The position numbers were made by a program, and so were the translations under genes. The notes below the pieces were generated by a model. That model was not told where the DNA came from. It searched no databases and was given only the letters and a program-made list of their open reading frames with translations. Shown one piece after another: positions 13,351-28,100 of a stretch of 64,000 bases of DNA. Where the stretch lies: assembly GCA_030704615.1 (NCBI GenBank), contig CM060731.1:28086001-28150000 (forward strand), read 5' to 3'. Every line of letters starts with the position of its first letter. Position 1 is the first letter of the stretch. The stretch comes from Takakia lepidozioides. Taxonomy: Eukaryota; Plantae; Bryophyta.

Positions 13351-14803
13351 ATGGTTGCGATGTTGGCGGCGTTGGCGTTGCTAGTGCTGCTAGCCAATGG
13401 AGTGAACGGTAGCTTCTCTCTCAAAGGATTCCAATTGGGTGACAGTTCCTCCAAGATGCCTACAGAGAAGTTCGAGAGTAAGTATGAGGAATTGGGTAGC
13501 ACTTCACTTGCTACCACAGAGGCATATCAAACAGAGGAGCTAAAAGCAGCGGATCCCAACGAGGGAAAATCGCCTGAACAAGATGGAGTACCAGCCCAGG
13601 ATGAAGACTTTCCAATTGATGCGGGCCGGGACTACAGGACAGCCGCATACGAGTCCTATGCGCTCCAGGCCAAAGCGTTTTTAAGAAGAGCTGCCAGACG
13701 ACGTCCCGCTGCCCCGGTGTGGAGTTCAGGCCACGCGACCTTCTACGGTGGGGCCGACGCTTCCGGGACGATGGGTACGTTCTTGCTAGCGCTCGAAACA
13801 TTATTGAGCAGAATGCCACACGTTTTTATTGTAGCTGGTTGATGGTTGGTTACTTCTTTAGTCGGAAAGTCAGTCTGTGCAACTTGAGTAGCCTGCGACT
13901 GCTACGAACTCCATCCTCCTGCTACTTACGTTAAGGTCCTAATTCTCTTGCCTCAATATCTGATCATGCAGCCGGTGCTTGCGGATATGGAGACCTTTAC
14001 AGTCAAGGTTACGGCACCAACACTGCCGCTCTGAGCACCGCTTTGTTCAACAATGGAGCAACCTGTGGAGCCTGCTATCAGATAAAATGCAATGAGCCAC
14101 GGTGGTGCCTTCCAGGCTACATTACTGTGACTGCAACTAACTTCTGCCCACCCAACTATGCTTTGGCTAACAACAATGGTGGTTGGTGCAACCCACCTCT
14201 GCGTCATTTCGATTTGGCGGAGCCCGCATTCCAACAAATAGCGCAGTACAGGGCGGGCATAGTTCCTGTGCTCTACCGCAGGTTAAACTCCACCTATTGT
14301 TATCACTCTGTTTCTGCACTGTGCCCATCTTCCAAACGGAACGGCAGTGGTCCTTCAGGGTGAAGTGACACCATAAATAGCTTCGGCCTGCCTCCCTTTT
14401 TGGGTCATTTAGTTGGACACTGGGTCACTACCTATTCGTCAGTGGTAAATCTATGTGGTTTGTGTGGACCTTGCTGAAGCTGCTTTGATATTTTGACAGG
14501 GTCCCATGTATGAAGCGTGGAGGTGTTCGTTTCACCATCAACGGCAACCCCAACTTCAACCTTGTTACCATCACCAACGTGGGTGGGGCTGGAGATGTCG
14601 TGAGCGTTATGATGAAGGGCTCCCGCACAAACTGGTACCCAATGCAACGAAACTGGGGTGCGAACTGGCAGTGCAGCTACGTTTTGGTTGGCCAATCGCT
14701 TTCCTTTCAAGTACGGACAAGCAATGGCAGGATCCTGACTATGACGAATGTAGCTGATGCTAATTGGAGCTTTGGCCAGACTTTTGAAGGGCTTCAGTTT
14801 TAA
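13351..14803 (+). CDS. EXPA: Alpha-expansin with long acidic N-terminal extension; exons 13351-13774, 13972-14281, 14500-14803 (345 aa)
   Basis: Motifs [14 protein letters not shown]|[35 protein letters not shown] and FGQTFEG. GT-AG introns at canonical expansin positions; exons sum to 1038 nt. Confidence 0.95.
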
Positions 14804-17624
14804 CCTGAGCTGCATTCAAAAGTCTTGGTCGAAGACCTTGTCTCGTGGAAATTCTTTTGAACGTTGGAGGAATTCTTTCTCCAGTCTGTACAATATTTCA
14901 GGGTAGTCAGAATTCGATGTTCTTCAGAGACCTCTTTCAAGACTGTCGTAGACGCACTCATGACCTCCAGACTGAAACGACTAGGTATGAGGATTTATGC
15001 CTCTGATTCTTGGGGCCCTAACAGGATCTCTCAAATGGGGAGTCTGTTGGGAGTAGGATTAGAATGGAAAGTTTAGAACTGGCAAAGAGGTCCATAAGGT
15101 ACCAGCTGAAAGCCAGCCTAGTGGACATTCACCTCTGAATGAGGTACTTATTTCTTGGTCCAAGTACTCTCACTTGTCAATGGTAGCTGAGGTTCGGTGA
15201 AGGAGCCACCCGCCCCTCACAATGCTAGATAGGTTTCAAGGCAGCTGTGGTGGTAATTAGTAGCCGTGCCCGCATCAGGCAATGTTGGGTCTTTCGAGTT
15301 TCATGGTCGTGTCCATTGATTAGCACTGAGGATGTGAACATTTTCATCGCAACCTTACGCTAACTATTCGTGGTGGGAAATGTTGTCAGCCACCCTTGTA
15401 ATATATATATACATGTACACTGATTCTGGTGCACTCCCTTCCTTTATAACTCATGTGATTTGGTGTTGGCTTACTTGACCATGGGAAGTATACAGGAGCT
15501 CTTTCTGAATGCCAAGCTTGTAATCTCGACTCCGCATGTTCTTGCCCGCATTCCTCCGTAATTTAGCTATGCACTCTCGTTTACGCAAATATCCCACGAT
15601 CCTTGCCTCTGGCTGCACGCACGAGGTAATGCACAGTGGCGTTAGGATGTACTTGACTTGCTTGTATCACGAAACACGTTTACGAAATAGAAGAAACATC
15701 AATGTGATGTGAACTCGAAACTCACAAATATTTGGGGAGACACTGAGTCAAACTTCTCAGCGGATACGAAGCAGTGTCTATCTCAGAACAAACGGGAGGC
15801 TCATCAATCCTCAGTGGAAGTCGACGAACATCTTCCATTCTCTTGCCTCGTTATTTGCAGTAATGCAGATGTGGGCACTGTTGTTGAATATTGGGTGCAG
15901 TTCCCGATAACCCACAACCTGTCTGCACACGAGATGCACAGACCTGCCGCAGAGCATAACTTAACGCTCAACGAAGCGGCACGATCTGACTGAGAGCGAT
16001 TCCCATCTGCGCCGCCCCTCCTCGCACCTCTCACGTCCAATAATACCTGCCGTTACCGTTACCGTTACCCTCACGCTTAACGATTGGCCGTTAAGCTAAT
16101 AAGATGCTGTTAACTGAACAACTGTTACAGTTGCTCATCCATTTTGGAGCTCTACTCTACCACTTAAAGTTTTGTTCATCCATCTCACATCCATCGATTC
16201 CTTGGATAGCTAACGGCAGCTCGTTGACTTTTTTTCCACCGATAGGGCTAACATAACCAGGGCTCTTTACGAATGCGCCGAGTCCTCTCAGTTACAAAAT
16301 ACATTTTTTTTGTTTTGTTTTTTTGGTTTTGGTTTTTTTTAAAGGGGTAGTAGCCAAAATACATATATAGCCTTAAATTAATATACATATGTATCCCACA
16401 TATATATATATATGCCCACCAAAAATAGAGAAAACGAATGTTGCCATTACTTACTAGCCTACTGGTCACCACTTGTCAGTAGCTTCTCTCTCTCTCTCTA
16501 ATAATAAATGTAATTTGTCTTTCTCTCTGTATACATGTACGGTATAATTCATTTTAATTTTGGGAATTCAGTAGTTTTAAAATTGCTTTGGCCCATTGGT
16601 TAGTTGGCATCTTTGCGGGTCGATGTGCAATGAGCCGTAGGTCTGGGGTTCAAACCCCCGTGCCATCGTTGCCCCAAAATACAAATACAAGCTGGCCGAC
16701 TACGCGGGCCCACTACGGCAACACTTGCCGCAAACGGCTGCACCAGGTTGGCTAATCTAAGAAGTTGTTGTAACCACAGCTGGTTAGTTAACCCCTGGTT
16801 CGCCTTGCTGTGGCACGTGAAGTGACCGGCTGCGGCCGGCCCTGGAAACCGGGACGGCTCGCCAGGAATCCGGTGATGGTGAAGTGGTTGACCCCCTAAA
16901 GCCGGTAGCCGGTGTAATGCGGGACGGTGGGCAACGGCGACGGCGACGGGCAGATAATGGGGTGGACGGCGAGGCAGCGCTGATTGCGCCGTCAGGCGCC
17001 GTTGACTCGCCAGATCCGGCGGTCGGCCGTGCCCGCGCGACCGGCGGTCGTGCGGGGAGCAGGGGTAATAAGGTGGCGCGCGCGCTGCTCAATCTCCACA
17101 GTCATGTTTTGGAGGTCGTCGTCTCCGCCTCGTCTGCTCGACTGCATCTCCTGCACAGAGATCCAGACGCTGCTGTGAGGACAATCCTGCAACTCTTTTA
17201 TCTACTCTTTGGAGATTTCTTAGATCAGGGTGCTGGATGAGCTATGGATCGTATTAATGTAGTGGCTGCGAGTTGTAAAGGTCCATCAAACTGCATGTTA
17301 GATCCCAGTTGCAGTGTTGATCTGATCAATGTCGCTGGGTGCTGTTGCAGGTTTGTAGTTAAGTTGGAGTGAGTTGCTTGTGGTGATTTAATTTTCTTGG
17401 TAGATAGGGGATTTGTGAATGTTTAAACGTGTCTAAGTTGTGCTCCACTTTCCCTAGCTAGCCTGGAGTGCAATATCTCACACAAGTTATAGCACACCTG
17501 GAAATATGGGTACTAGAGCTCGGAACATGAAACACTACGAACTTCGAGATAGTCTCTGGTATGGTTATGCCTTGCAATGAACTTGCGTAAGACAACTGAC
17601 AACATTGTGTGGTATCCAGTTACG

Positions 17625-18962
17625 ATGGCGAGGACAATGACTGTCCACATCCTAGCGACGGCAGCAGTATTGCTGGCTTGTACGCAGCTTGTTGTAGCAC
17701 AAGGTTGGCAGGACGGCCATGCTACTTTCTACGGGGGTTCTGACGCTTCGGGGACTATGGGTACGCTCATTTTCCTTTCCTACTCTCACACCTGACTCTC
17801 CATTGACTCTCTCTCTCCATCTTGATCCTCCTACGTAAGGAGACTCGTAGGATACTGCATATGCGCACACACAGTACATGAATGGTATGTACATGGCTGA
17901 ACATTTTGGACCGTATAATGCAAATTTTTCAGGTTGCATTCTCCCTCGAGTACTTTTCTCGTCTCCAGATCAAGCCATTTACTGTGTGTATGGCTTGCTG
18001 TCCAATGTACTTATAACGTGCTCCGAGCTCAAATAGAGCTCTCCATTTTTTTACACCTCAGTAATGCAGGCATTCCCGGGAAGTAACATGGTTTTGATTT
18101 TTTCAACAGCTGGCGCCTGTGGGTATGGAGACCTCTACACCGAGGGCTATGGCACCAACACAGCTGCCCTCAGTACTGCCCTATTCAACAATGGTCTCGC
18201 GTGTGGTGCATGCTTTGAGATGAAGTGTAACCAGCCTCGTTGGTGTGTGCCTGGGAGTCCCAGCATTACGGTGACCGCAACGAACTTCTGTCCACCTAAT
18301 GACGCTTTGGCTAACAATAATGGTGGCTGGTGCAATCCACCACTACAGCACTTTGATCTGGCAATGCCTGCATTTTTACAACTTGCCCAAGAGGTTGCCG
18401 GCATCGTCCCAGTCTTTTTCCGCAGGTACTGTTGACCAAACAAGTTTAACTGAATTTCTCTATCTTCACCGACCTACCTCTTTTCACGTGCGGTTGAGAG
18501 ACTTGGACAGGCACCAGTTGAAAATAGTGTTCTGTCAGTCCTCTGCAAAAGCGAATTACAAGCTTTTCTAAGGAAACATTTTTGGTAGGCTTTTGCTACG
18601 GTCTAGCTGCGTGCAAATAATGGATGTACATTCTTATTGGGTATGTACGTATATACAGGGTCTCGTGTGTAAAGCGAGGAGGCATTCACTTTACCATCAA
18701 TGGGAACCCCTATTTCAACCTGGTTCTCGTTACCAACGTCGGTGGTGCCGGTGACGTGAGTGCTGTTTCCATCAAGGGGGCGAACACTGGCTGGATATCC
18801 ATGCAACGGAATTGGGGTCAAAACTGGCAATGTAGCACTGTTCTTGTCGGACAGGCTATCTCATTTCGGGTTCAAACAAGTGATGGGAGGAGCGTGATAT
18901 CCAACGATGCCGCGTCGTCAAATTGGCAGTTCGGGCAGACCTTCGAGGGACTCAATTTCTAA
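17625..18962 (+). CDS. EXPA: Alpha-expansin; exons 17625-17760, 18110-18425, 18659-18962 (251 aa)
   Basis: Signal peptide, [18 protein letters not shown] and NWGQNW motifs. Same intron positions and phases as the upstream paralog; exons sum to 756 nt. Confidence 0.96.
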
Positions 18963-21900
18963 GTTAAGCTGTTCCTGATTGGAAACAGAAGCTGCTGAGG
19001 TCAAGCTGTCCCGGATTTTGGAGGGATTTTGCAGGCCTGCATTATCTTATATTATAGGTACTGGAGTGTGAAAGTGTGCTTATTTCTCGGAGCCTCTGTG
19101 CTTCTAGTTATTCTGTAAGTGAAAAGCTCCGCGCTCTCCTCGTTTCGACAGAAGAGGTTGTTACAGAAGCAGCCCTCTCTCGGAATGTTGACCACTCTCT
19201 TACTAACAGGAGGTTGTAACTGAGACTAAGACCTTCCTCTGAATAGTAAAGAGCGTACCCGGGCCACGCACCATGGCCGGGAATTTATATGTAACTGAAC
19301 ATTGTTGGCTTATTCGTGTCACTGCTAAGGATGTAGAGGTGTGTTTTCTGGCCACCCGCTCCCTAGTGACACAGTGGGTGAGGAAAAGAGGAGAAAAATT
19401 AGTATTAATTTAATGAAATAGATCTTTCTACTGCGATACTGGACAAGACGTAGCCACCCGACCACGATATCCCCGCACTGTGGTGCTGAGGTGTGCAGCA
19501 CTGAAGCACCTCCCTCCAGTAGATGTATACTAGTGGAAAATGTAAAAGCGTTCGCCTTTTTAATTGATCGACAGAACAATTGTCTGTCCGAGTCTGAATC
19601 GTCTCTCTTTACAAATGCATGGTGGAACGGATACCTGATCAATCTGATTCAGTGCTTTCATGACCACGTATAACTTAAAAACTCTTAAGGTTCTATCCTT
19701 TACAAGTGTATAGTTTGCGAGGGTTCCTTTCTGTCAATAGTCTAGACCTGGTATCTGCAGCCAGGAGTTGATGAGTTCACGAAGATGTATATGCTGTTTT
19801 CTGTTGTTAGACTTCTGATACATTTCGAAGTGATGTTCGAGCCCGAAGTTTGAAGTTTGGGATCAGAAAATGATTGATCTAGGAACAGTACCGAAAAGAA
19901 AATACCGACATCTTCGTTTGAACAGGAGAAAGCTCTGAAAAACACATGGACGGGAGCTTACATATTCTCCAGTGCACCCTGCACGCTCTCTAGGATTGGG
20001 AATCCTAACTGTTTGAATTCTAAGAAGGAGTGCTTTCCTGGCTATTTCAGCTGATTGATCAGACTACTACTCCAGCCAGAGCTCGCCTCCTACAGTTGCA
20101 TTTTAATAGGAACTGCGGTGAACATATCTTCCAGATGCTAAATGCGTATTATAATCTTGCGCTCATAGCCGATCTGACCGCTTACTTTACAGCTAGTGCA
20201 TGAATCGCTCTTGAATCAAATCTTGAAGATTTGAATTATCCTTCCGCCGGCCTCCCGAGCCCCTCAGTACTATCAAATGGCCAACAGCGGAGAAAGGAAT
20301 CTCGTGATATAAACTGGGTATGTGACCAGAAGATGCCTGATCACCCCCGGAATCCCAGAGACTATTAATGACAGTATGGCTACAAGGTTCTGGTAGTCAC
20401 CAAAACACGTCCGTTGTGGTGGGGCATAGCCCATGAAACCAAACATGCTTTCCCCGTCCACCATAGAAGGGAGAAGGCCTAGGATACAGTAACAGCTGAG
20501 TTGAGCTGCAACAAGAGGGCACGGTGGCCCTACAGTGGGGCCCTCCAAGCGGAGGAAATCGAGAAAAAGCGGTGGGTCCGTGGCAGCCGCAGAGGCAAGT
20601 CGAGGCTCATTATTTCTTCCTTTCTTTCTTTGGATGCTTCCATTGTACCGCAATGGCCCTGGCAATGGGAAGAGAGGGAGAAGAAACTTGAAGAGTCCTT
20701 CATGTGACCCCTATCATAGATAGGTTTGCACCGCTACCGTGCATTGATAGTAATCAATCCACGTTGGTGGATTCAAGCAGGAAAGGTTACAAGACAGAAC
20801 AGAGGAAAGGAAGCTTGCTGTGAGGGCCAATGAACTGAATGAAAGAAAAAGACAGGGTCTCGCATGTCTAGTAGGAAATATCGGAACCAAAAGATAGCAA
20901 ACTGGTTCCTCGTGCTGATTAGCTGCTACCACCTCGTCTAGTGTAGCTCTTCATTTGAGCATTCCCACACCACAACTACAACTGAGGAAGGACGAGAGGA
21001 AGCAGTCAAACATGGTAAAGCTATGAGAAGTGCGGCAAGGATCGCTCTCCAAACAAGGAGCCTTCATCAACATGGCTCTCCAGCCCCTCTCTTTGCAGAT
21101 GAGAGCCGCTGTTACTAGGTCCAAAATAGTGTTGGAGACTCATGAGATAATAATAACCACCAGCAAGGTCAAAATGGATGGCAAGAACAAAATCCAAGTT
21201 CCACAACAGACTTATCAAAATAGAGGTAAGAGAAAACTTGAATCCCCAGTTCCAAGGCTCGAGCACTTCAGCAGAAAAGCCTACTATCAAGGAAAGACAA
21301 GGTAGCCACCTTCAGGATCAGAATGAGAATGAATTTGCTCCTCTGTAGCAAAGTTGCTTGTGGTGACAGATAAGCATGTCCATACATATAACGACGTAGG
21401 AAAGCCACACATTAGGAACTCGGTGATTTCCACACCTGCAGGAAATACATGTTCATTTCCAGTAAAACCTAGACATGATCTGGTACAAGTTGATACACTG
21501 GGGTTCTGTTATGAACCTCAGAAGAAATTTCTTTACATCTCCTCTGGATGGCCAGTCGAAATAGACATCCTCTTGAGCCTAATTCACCTAGAAACTGAAA
21601 ATGTGACTACCTGGGGACAAAAGACACAGGAGACCCGCTATCTATGCACTGAGCCCTCCTAATTGCCCTATAGTGCTGGTATAGAATGCCTCAGTTTGAA
21701 GTTTGCAAAAATTGCTTCAAATGAAGACAGGTATTGTACTGTGACCATCCTTTTACAGGGCAACTCGAATCTAAAACAGGCTGGCAGGTTTATGGTCTTC
21801 ACTAAGCAAAATCCAAAATGACTCTGTCCACTACCATTCAGCTCTTGGCCCTTTTTCTAGTTTCTCTTCAAGCTAAGGGGTGGGGGGGTGGGGAGGAAAT

Positions 21901-22108
21901 TGCAACCTCCTCTTTCACAAAGAATCTCAAAAATTTCTACAGGGCTGTCTGGCTGTAAACCAACAGTCACTTGGCATCCAGAGCAGTGGAAACCAGGTTA
22001 GCAATGAGCCTGAAGTTTCACAATGTGTGAAAAAGACTAACAAATACAAGGACACTAAGAAAAAGAATCGTTATGTTTTGGGCATCAAGAAAAGGGAGAA
22101 TGAGGGGG

Positions 22109-25100
22109 TTATTGTTGGGCGGTCATCGGTAAAGGATACGGAGGCAAATAGCCAGCTCCAGGGGATGGCTTGATGTATTTACCTAGGACTTTTTGTTTAG
22201 TTCGGTTTCTCATGCGGAGCATTCTTTCCCTATTCTTGAGTTTTCTCTCCTGCTTCAAGTTCCAGCGCTCTTGTCTTTCTCGTTCAAGAATGCCTTGCCA
22301 AAACACCTCTCCTGTCTGTGGCCAAAGCCACCGTTGGTTTGGATGGTCCCTATCGTCTGCTGCCTCGGCAAGGTCCTCGTCCATTGCCTTCAGAGTGCTT
22401 TGATTGAAAAATTTAACCCACATTCGGCCTCGTCGTGATGGAAGAATATGCTGTTCTTCCATGACCCCTGTACGAGGGTCCAAATAGAACATGCGTCGGG
22501 CACTGTGGTATGCCCACACATTGACTAGTCCCTCCAGCAGCCGACAGTAGCAATGTTGTCCCTGTAAATTATGAAGTATCCAAGTGTTTACAAGCTTGAG
22601 ATTTAACAACCATATCAACCCTCTTTTTCATTGCCAAAAAAATACTGCATTCCTACTGACCAACTCATTCCTGAGACTCTCCTTGTACGTCTATCAAAGC
22701 TAAAGAAATTCCAGCCATTTGCTAACTGCTGAACAACTTCTCCAGTCACTATCAAGAGCTGAGGGTGCAGCAGGTGACAGCAGCACCTGCCATGGTCACC
22801 AGAAACTTGCACCACTTAACTGTGATCGTAAAATTGTGGGGTGCTAATGTCTCACTTAGACTAATGTCTCACTTTGGTTGGCTGGCAATGAGTTGACTCA
22901 ATAGACTCCGGATTTGGTTGAGGGTCAAAACTCTCAGCTTCAGGTTTCTACACAGTTGAAATAGATGGGTGGAATACACAGATTTTACCTCCTGCTTAGA
23001 TCTTGCAAAGCAGCATTTCCCGACGTCGTGGTGCTCCTCATAGTGTTGAGCATCCAATGCATCCACAAACATCCTACCACAGAAAAGACCATGTCATGTT
23101 TTCCCATGTGAACATCCTTAGAAGATTGTAGGAGACCCAAGATGTTTAGAGGTGAGGAGCAAGCCAAAAGCCTTCCAACAAACACAAATACTTGACAACA
23201 CAAGAAATGATACCTGACCACGAGGAAAGAGCTCGATAGCTTCTAGAATTACTTATTGTAAAATCACAGACAACTAGACAAAGAGACATACGGAGTCAAG
23301 ACAGAATCCAACCACACATCCAAAATTGTAAGGGAAAACAAGTACCTGGCAAAAAGTACGAGTTCCACAAATGATGTTGTGGGCAAAGCCCAGCAATGTA
23401 ATGCTGACCAGGTCCCGCCATCAGCAGGCATGGGAGGCAGCTCCGTCCAATTGGCAGGCAGCCCATACATATGCTTCAACGCTGCCACAAATGCCTCCCT
23501 GCCAGAGCGACTGCATCATTAGATCCAGAGGCCGCTCTTACAAACCTTACATGCTTCACATATCCCCCACTTCAAATTCCTAAAGACATGTTTTACTCAC
23601 TACACTGTGAAGGAGGGTACAATAAAGAGGCTAGACATATGCCTGCAGTGTCCACCATTTCGTGCATCGCAAGTGGCCCAAAAGTCTTCAGGTTGATGCA
23701 TGGAAGAGTCTGGAGCAAAGCTGCCAATGTGGCCATCACTTCGTGCCCAGAAGTAAAGAGCATCACCATCACTTCCTCTTCTCACTGCACTAAGTAAGGC
23801 TGCTTCAGCTTGACCAGACAATGCAACCTGTGTTTGTCATTTACATTTCATTAGTACTGTGAGTAATGAAATAATTAGGTTTTCCTTCACTGCTACACAT
23901 ACTTGTGTTAAACAAAGCCAACCCATGACTGAATGGCAGAAGAGGAGGCAATTAAGAATGTTCACAGGTGCCCCAAGGGCGCAGGGGATCAAGTAAAAAC
24001 AACAAGAAACCCACATCAAACTACACCAAATGTCCCCATGGACAAAGTCCATTAACCAACAAGAATGTATCAATGAACCCCAAATGAGAGAACAGTATTA
24101 CGATTCCCAGGTAGAAGCAGCGAGAGAAAAGTCACCTACATCTTTGCTTCCAGACCGCCAAGGCTGGAATCCAATCCACGCATTCTTGTGGACATGATCA
24201 ATACGGTTGGCAAGAGAGAAAAAGGCAACATATTCACAAAGAACATTGCGGTAGTAGGAGTCACTGAGGAGAGCAGGCAGCCGTAACTGCGCATCCACAT
24301 CATCATCCCCTGGTCGTCTCCCCCTGGTTGACTGTCCCCACAAACCGTCAATAGATTACAAGATTCCCAGTTGATATAGGTTGTATATTACTGATTAGTT
24401 TGAGATCTTCCCAGATGTGAGATCACAGCAGCAGAATTCACCAACTGTTATTCAATGAACTTCTCGGTGAGAGGAGAACCCAACACTGAATTGTTCCAGG
24501 ACAGCAAGGATTATATAAAAAATGATGAGAAACTGGCAATAACAGTTGAGCAGATTGAAGGTAGAAAGACAACAAAATCATAGAAAGCCCAAGGAGCTCT
24601 GTATACTAACCTAGGGCCTCCTGCTACAGGAATTCAAAGCAGTTAGCCAACACTGAATTGTTCCAGAAAAGCAAGGGATTATATAAAAAATGATGAGAAA
24701 CTGGCAAAAACAGTTGAGACGATTGAAGGTAGAAAGACAACAAAAACACGGAAAGCCCAAGGAGCTCTGCATACTAACCTAGGGCCTCCTGCTACAGGAA
24801 TTCAAGCAGTTAAGGAATATCCCATTTTAAGAGTCTTTTCTCAAGATCGTTGAAGACTGACACAAATTATTAACAAATGCAGTTTGAAGGTGGGTAAGGC
24901 AAAGACATACAAGACTAAGGCCTCGATATAGAGAGTTGTCTTTATGGAGGAACGGCCAGGCACCAGGCCCATGGAAGGATTCATATATGCACAAGGGTTG
25001 GCCTGTACGCTCGAGCTCCCCGTCATCATGTTCACGCAATTCATCCTTGTGCACCTCTGTCTTCCTCACATTCTTTGTAACCTCTTCCCATGATGACCGT

Positions 25101-28100
25101 GCTTGCTCCCTTCTCTCCTCAAGCTGTGACAAAACACAAGTGTCTGTGAGCCACTGAAATGATGGGCAGGTTCCCACAAAAACACTCTGAAGAACTTCCC
25201 ATCAAAAAATATATTTTATTCTTCGCATTAATGCATATCACACTTCTTGGACATCGCAGTATTACATTCTAATATAATATGAGATGTGATCCAACCTGGG
25301 ACTCTCAATGGTTGCAGGGATGGTTTGCACACAAAACATGACCATGTAGTTACCTCTGCCTCCTCCATGCGCTCCATGGCATTGTCCACTTCTATCGATG
25401 TGGCTTCATCCAAATCAATAACACTAAGCATGGCAAATTCATTACGTGAACCAACAGACTCTGCCCAAGCAACCGTGTCATTTCCAGCACCAGTGCGCTG
25501 CATCCACTGGTCCTCCAACTCTCTCACAATACTGGAACCATCCACATCTTCGTCCACCATTCCGGCATCCACCTTTGCAGCTACAGCTGTCAGTCTGTCC
25601 TTGGGCGCCCCCAATGGGAACATAAGATCCCAGCGCCAACCTCTTTGAGACAGATCAAGAATCTCCTTGGGTGGTCGTGGTAGCTCCACCTCTGCGGGAA
25701 ACTCCAAAATGCTCTCCAGCAATTCACTGTAACCCAGGGTAACATTCAAAGCGAGCAGGTCCCAGGCATTAGATTGGCCAGCTTGTGCCATGGCTGAAGT
25801 CTCTTGGCTCAATCTCACTCTAATGAGGGCTTCACTCAACCTGTGGTGGTCTCCCACTGGAAAAAGAAGGCCACTCACACCATCCACAATCTGGAGCCAA
25901 ACCAAAGAAGCACCATCATCAGAGAGAGAATTCATCTGAGATTTACTGTCAGGGTTGTATATTCACGACTGTTTACACAACCACATAACTTCTCAGTTTT
26001 GAACAGGTAGTCCTTGTAATTGTGAGTTGACTATATACTACACCTATTATCTACTCTACTATTCTCTACTGCACTATCCTTCATGGCTCAGTTTGCACCC
26101 TAACCTTTCCTAGGCACCTGCACAGATGCCTCCATAGCTAACACGGTTCCCCCTTCAACACAACCCATTCCTGTGAGACAGCCTCAGCATATTTCACAGC
26201 AAAGTACCTCAGATCTCTGTCCCCACCCTCCATAAAAAATGATTCTAAAGGACGGCCAAGAGAAGAATCAGCCATGTAAGTACAGAGTAACACCTCCATA
26301 CAGACATCAAAATGTAAGCCAAGCAGATGTTGCACCAGTCCCAGTTCAAAGCAGTACCAGTGCACAAAAGAGAGCAGTATTAACATTATGCTGTCAAGCA
26401 CCAAGTCTCAGACCATTATGTGTGGAAGTGACAAGCTGTCACCACCCCCCACCAAGTTTATCAGCTCCCAACAGTGGGTGCACAAAACCATGCTCAATTG
26501 TGCAAATCTTTGTACCACTCTTTGTACCAGTTTCTACCACTCTTCTAGAAGTAACGGAAAACTGTGTCATGATGTCAGCTAGCACTCACCAGGCAAAGCT
26601 AATCACAACAGTCAGCATTTTCACTTAAGCATAAAATTCATGAAGTAGGATCTGCAATTTCACTCTAGCATGTCCTGAGAAAGCGGAGATTTGAGCAAAC
26701 TGCTCAAAGAGGTTTGCTGGATGGATAGCTGAAGGGGCATCCTGCACCCTGGACATTTCCTTGAAGTACCAGTTGGTCACTAAGATGCTGAACATCCGCA
26801 AGCAGAGTAGAAACTACATACAGACATTGAAATGTAACCCAACCAGATGTTGCAGCAGTCCAAGATAGAACCTAAACTAGCCTCATAGAACGCAGTCTAA
26901 CATTGTGCTGTCAATCATGAAGTCAGACTATCAACTTCATCTTGTGAAGCAGTGACAAACTGTCACCACCCGCCACCGGCTTCATAGCTCCCAACAGTAA
27001 ATGTACAGCACATATAACAGTAAGTGGCTTAGCATAACTCACATGCTGCCGAAAGGCACTCCGGTTGGGGGCAATAACTGGGCGTTCCAGGCTCATAGCC
27101 CTGGTAAGCACTGGTGGAAATGCTTGCTCATCTCGAAACGAGGCATACACAACAGCATCCGACATCCAGAGGATGCCAGTCACATCCCTATCAAGGCCCA
27201 CATACTGCACTGTCCCATTTGCCAGCCCCAGATGGTGTGCCATTGCCTGCAGTCACATAAAGGCTACTTCTGTCAGACTTCAGTTGAGCAAATAGCTCGG
27301 GAGAAGGAATATGGCAGTCTTTAAATACGCCTGTGAAGTGTTATGCAGGGGGGGTGGCACCTGTGGACCGTGGGTGTTTCTAACAGCCACACAAAACTTC
27401 ACCCTCGGCAGCGACCAGATAAGGATAAGACACAAAATTCTGGTGGAACATTTGGAGCAAAATTATTCCCCTTTCTATCTCCCTCTCCAATTACCTGCAA
27501 AGCAACAGCATAATTGCTGGAGGAGTTGCCATGGCCAACCACAAACACATGCAAGCGACTCAATTCGTCACCCATTTCCCCTTCCCACACTGACATCGCA
27601 CATGCAAATGCACGCATCACAACCGCGTGCTCTCTACACAAGCTGCGATAGAGGAAAGGGCTTCCCACCACAGCGATTACAAAGTGGTCTGGCCCCAGTC
27701 CAGACTGAGTGCGCAAGTTCTCCCGTGTGGGTGTGGCCATTATCCGCTCTGCACCAGACCTCCGAAGGGCTCCCCGGTATCACAAAAAAGATACCAGTGT
27801 CCAGAGTGGTACCAATCATCTGTGGTCACTACAAAAGTGAGAAGTACACCGGAGCCCACACACTCTCAAGGATCTAGGACATTTATCCTCATCACTGGAC
27901 TGTCACCATGAAAGAGACCAACTAATGACTGCAATTTCATTGAACACTTAATAACCTTAAGTGTAAGGGCTTCTTAGTGGCCTGGCAATTATGTGCAGCG
28001 GAATAAGTAACGTGACAGGTATGAAGTCACGAAATGTAAGGCTAAAATCAAAGTGTTACCGAGTAGGGCGTTTTAATTTGGGAAAACCACACGGCTCCAC

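Noticed and set aside
20273-21662. Short ORFs downstream of the glycosyltransferase
   Set aside because: No recognisable domain or consistent splice model.
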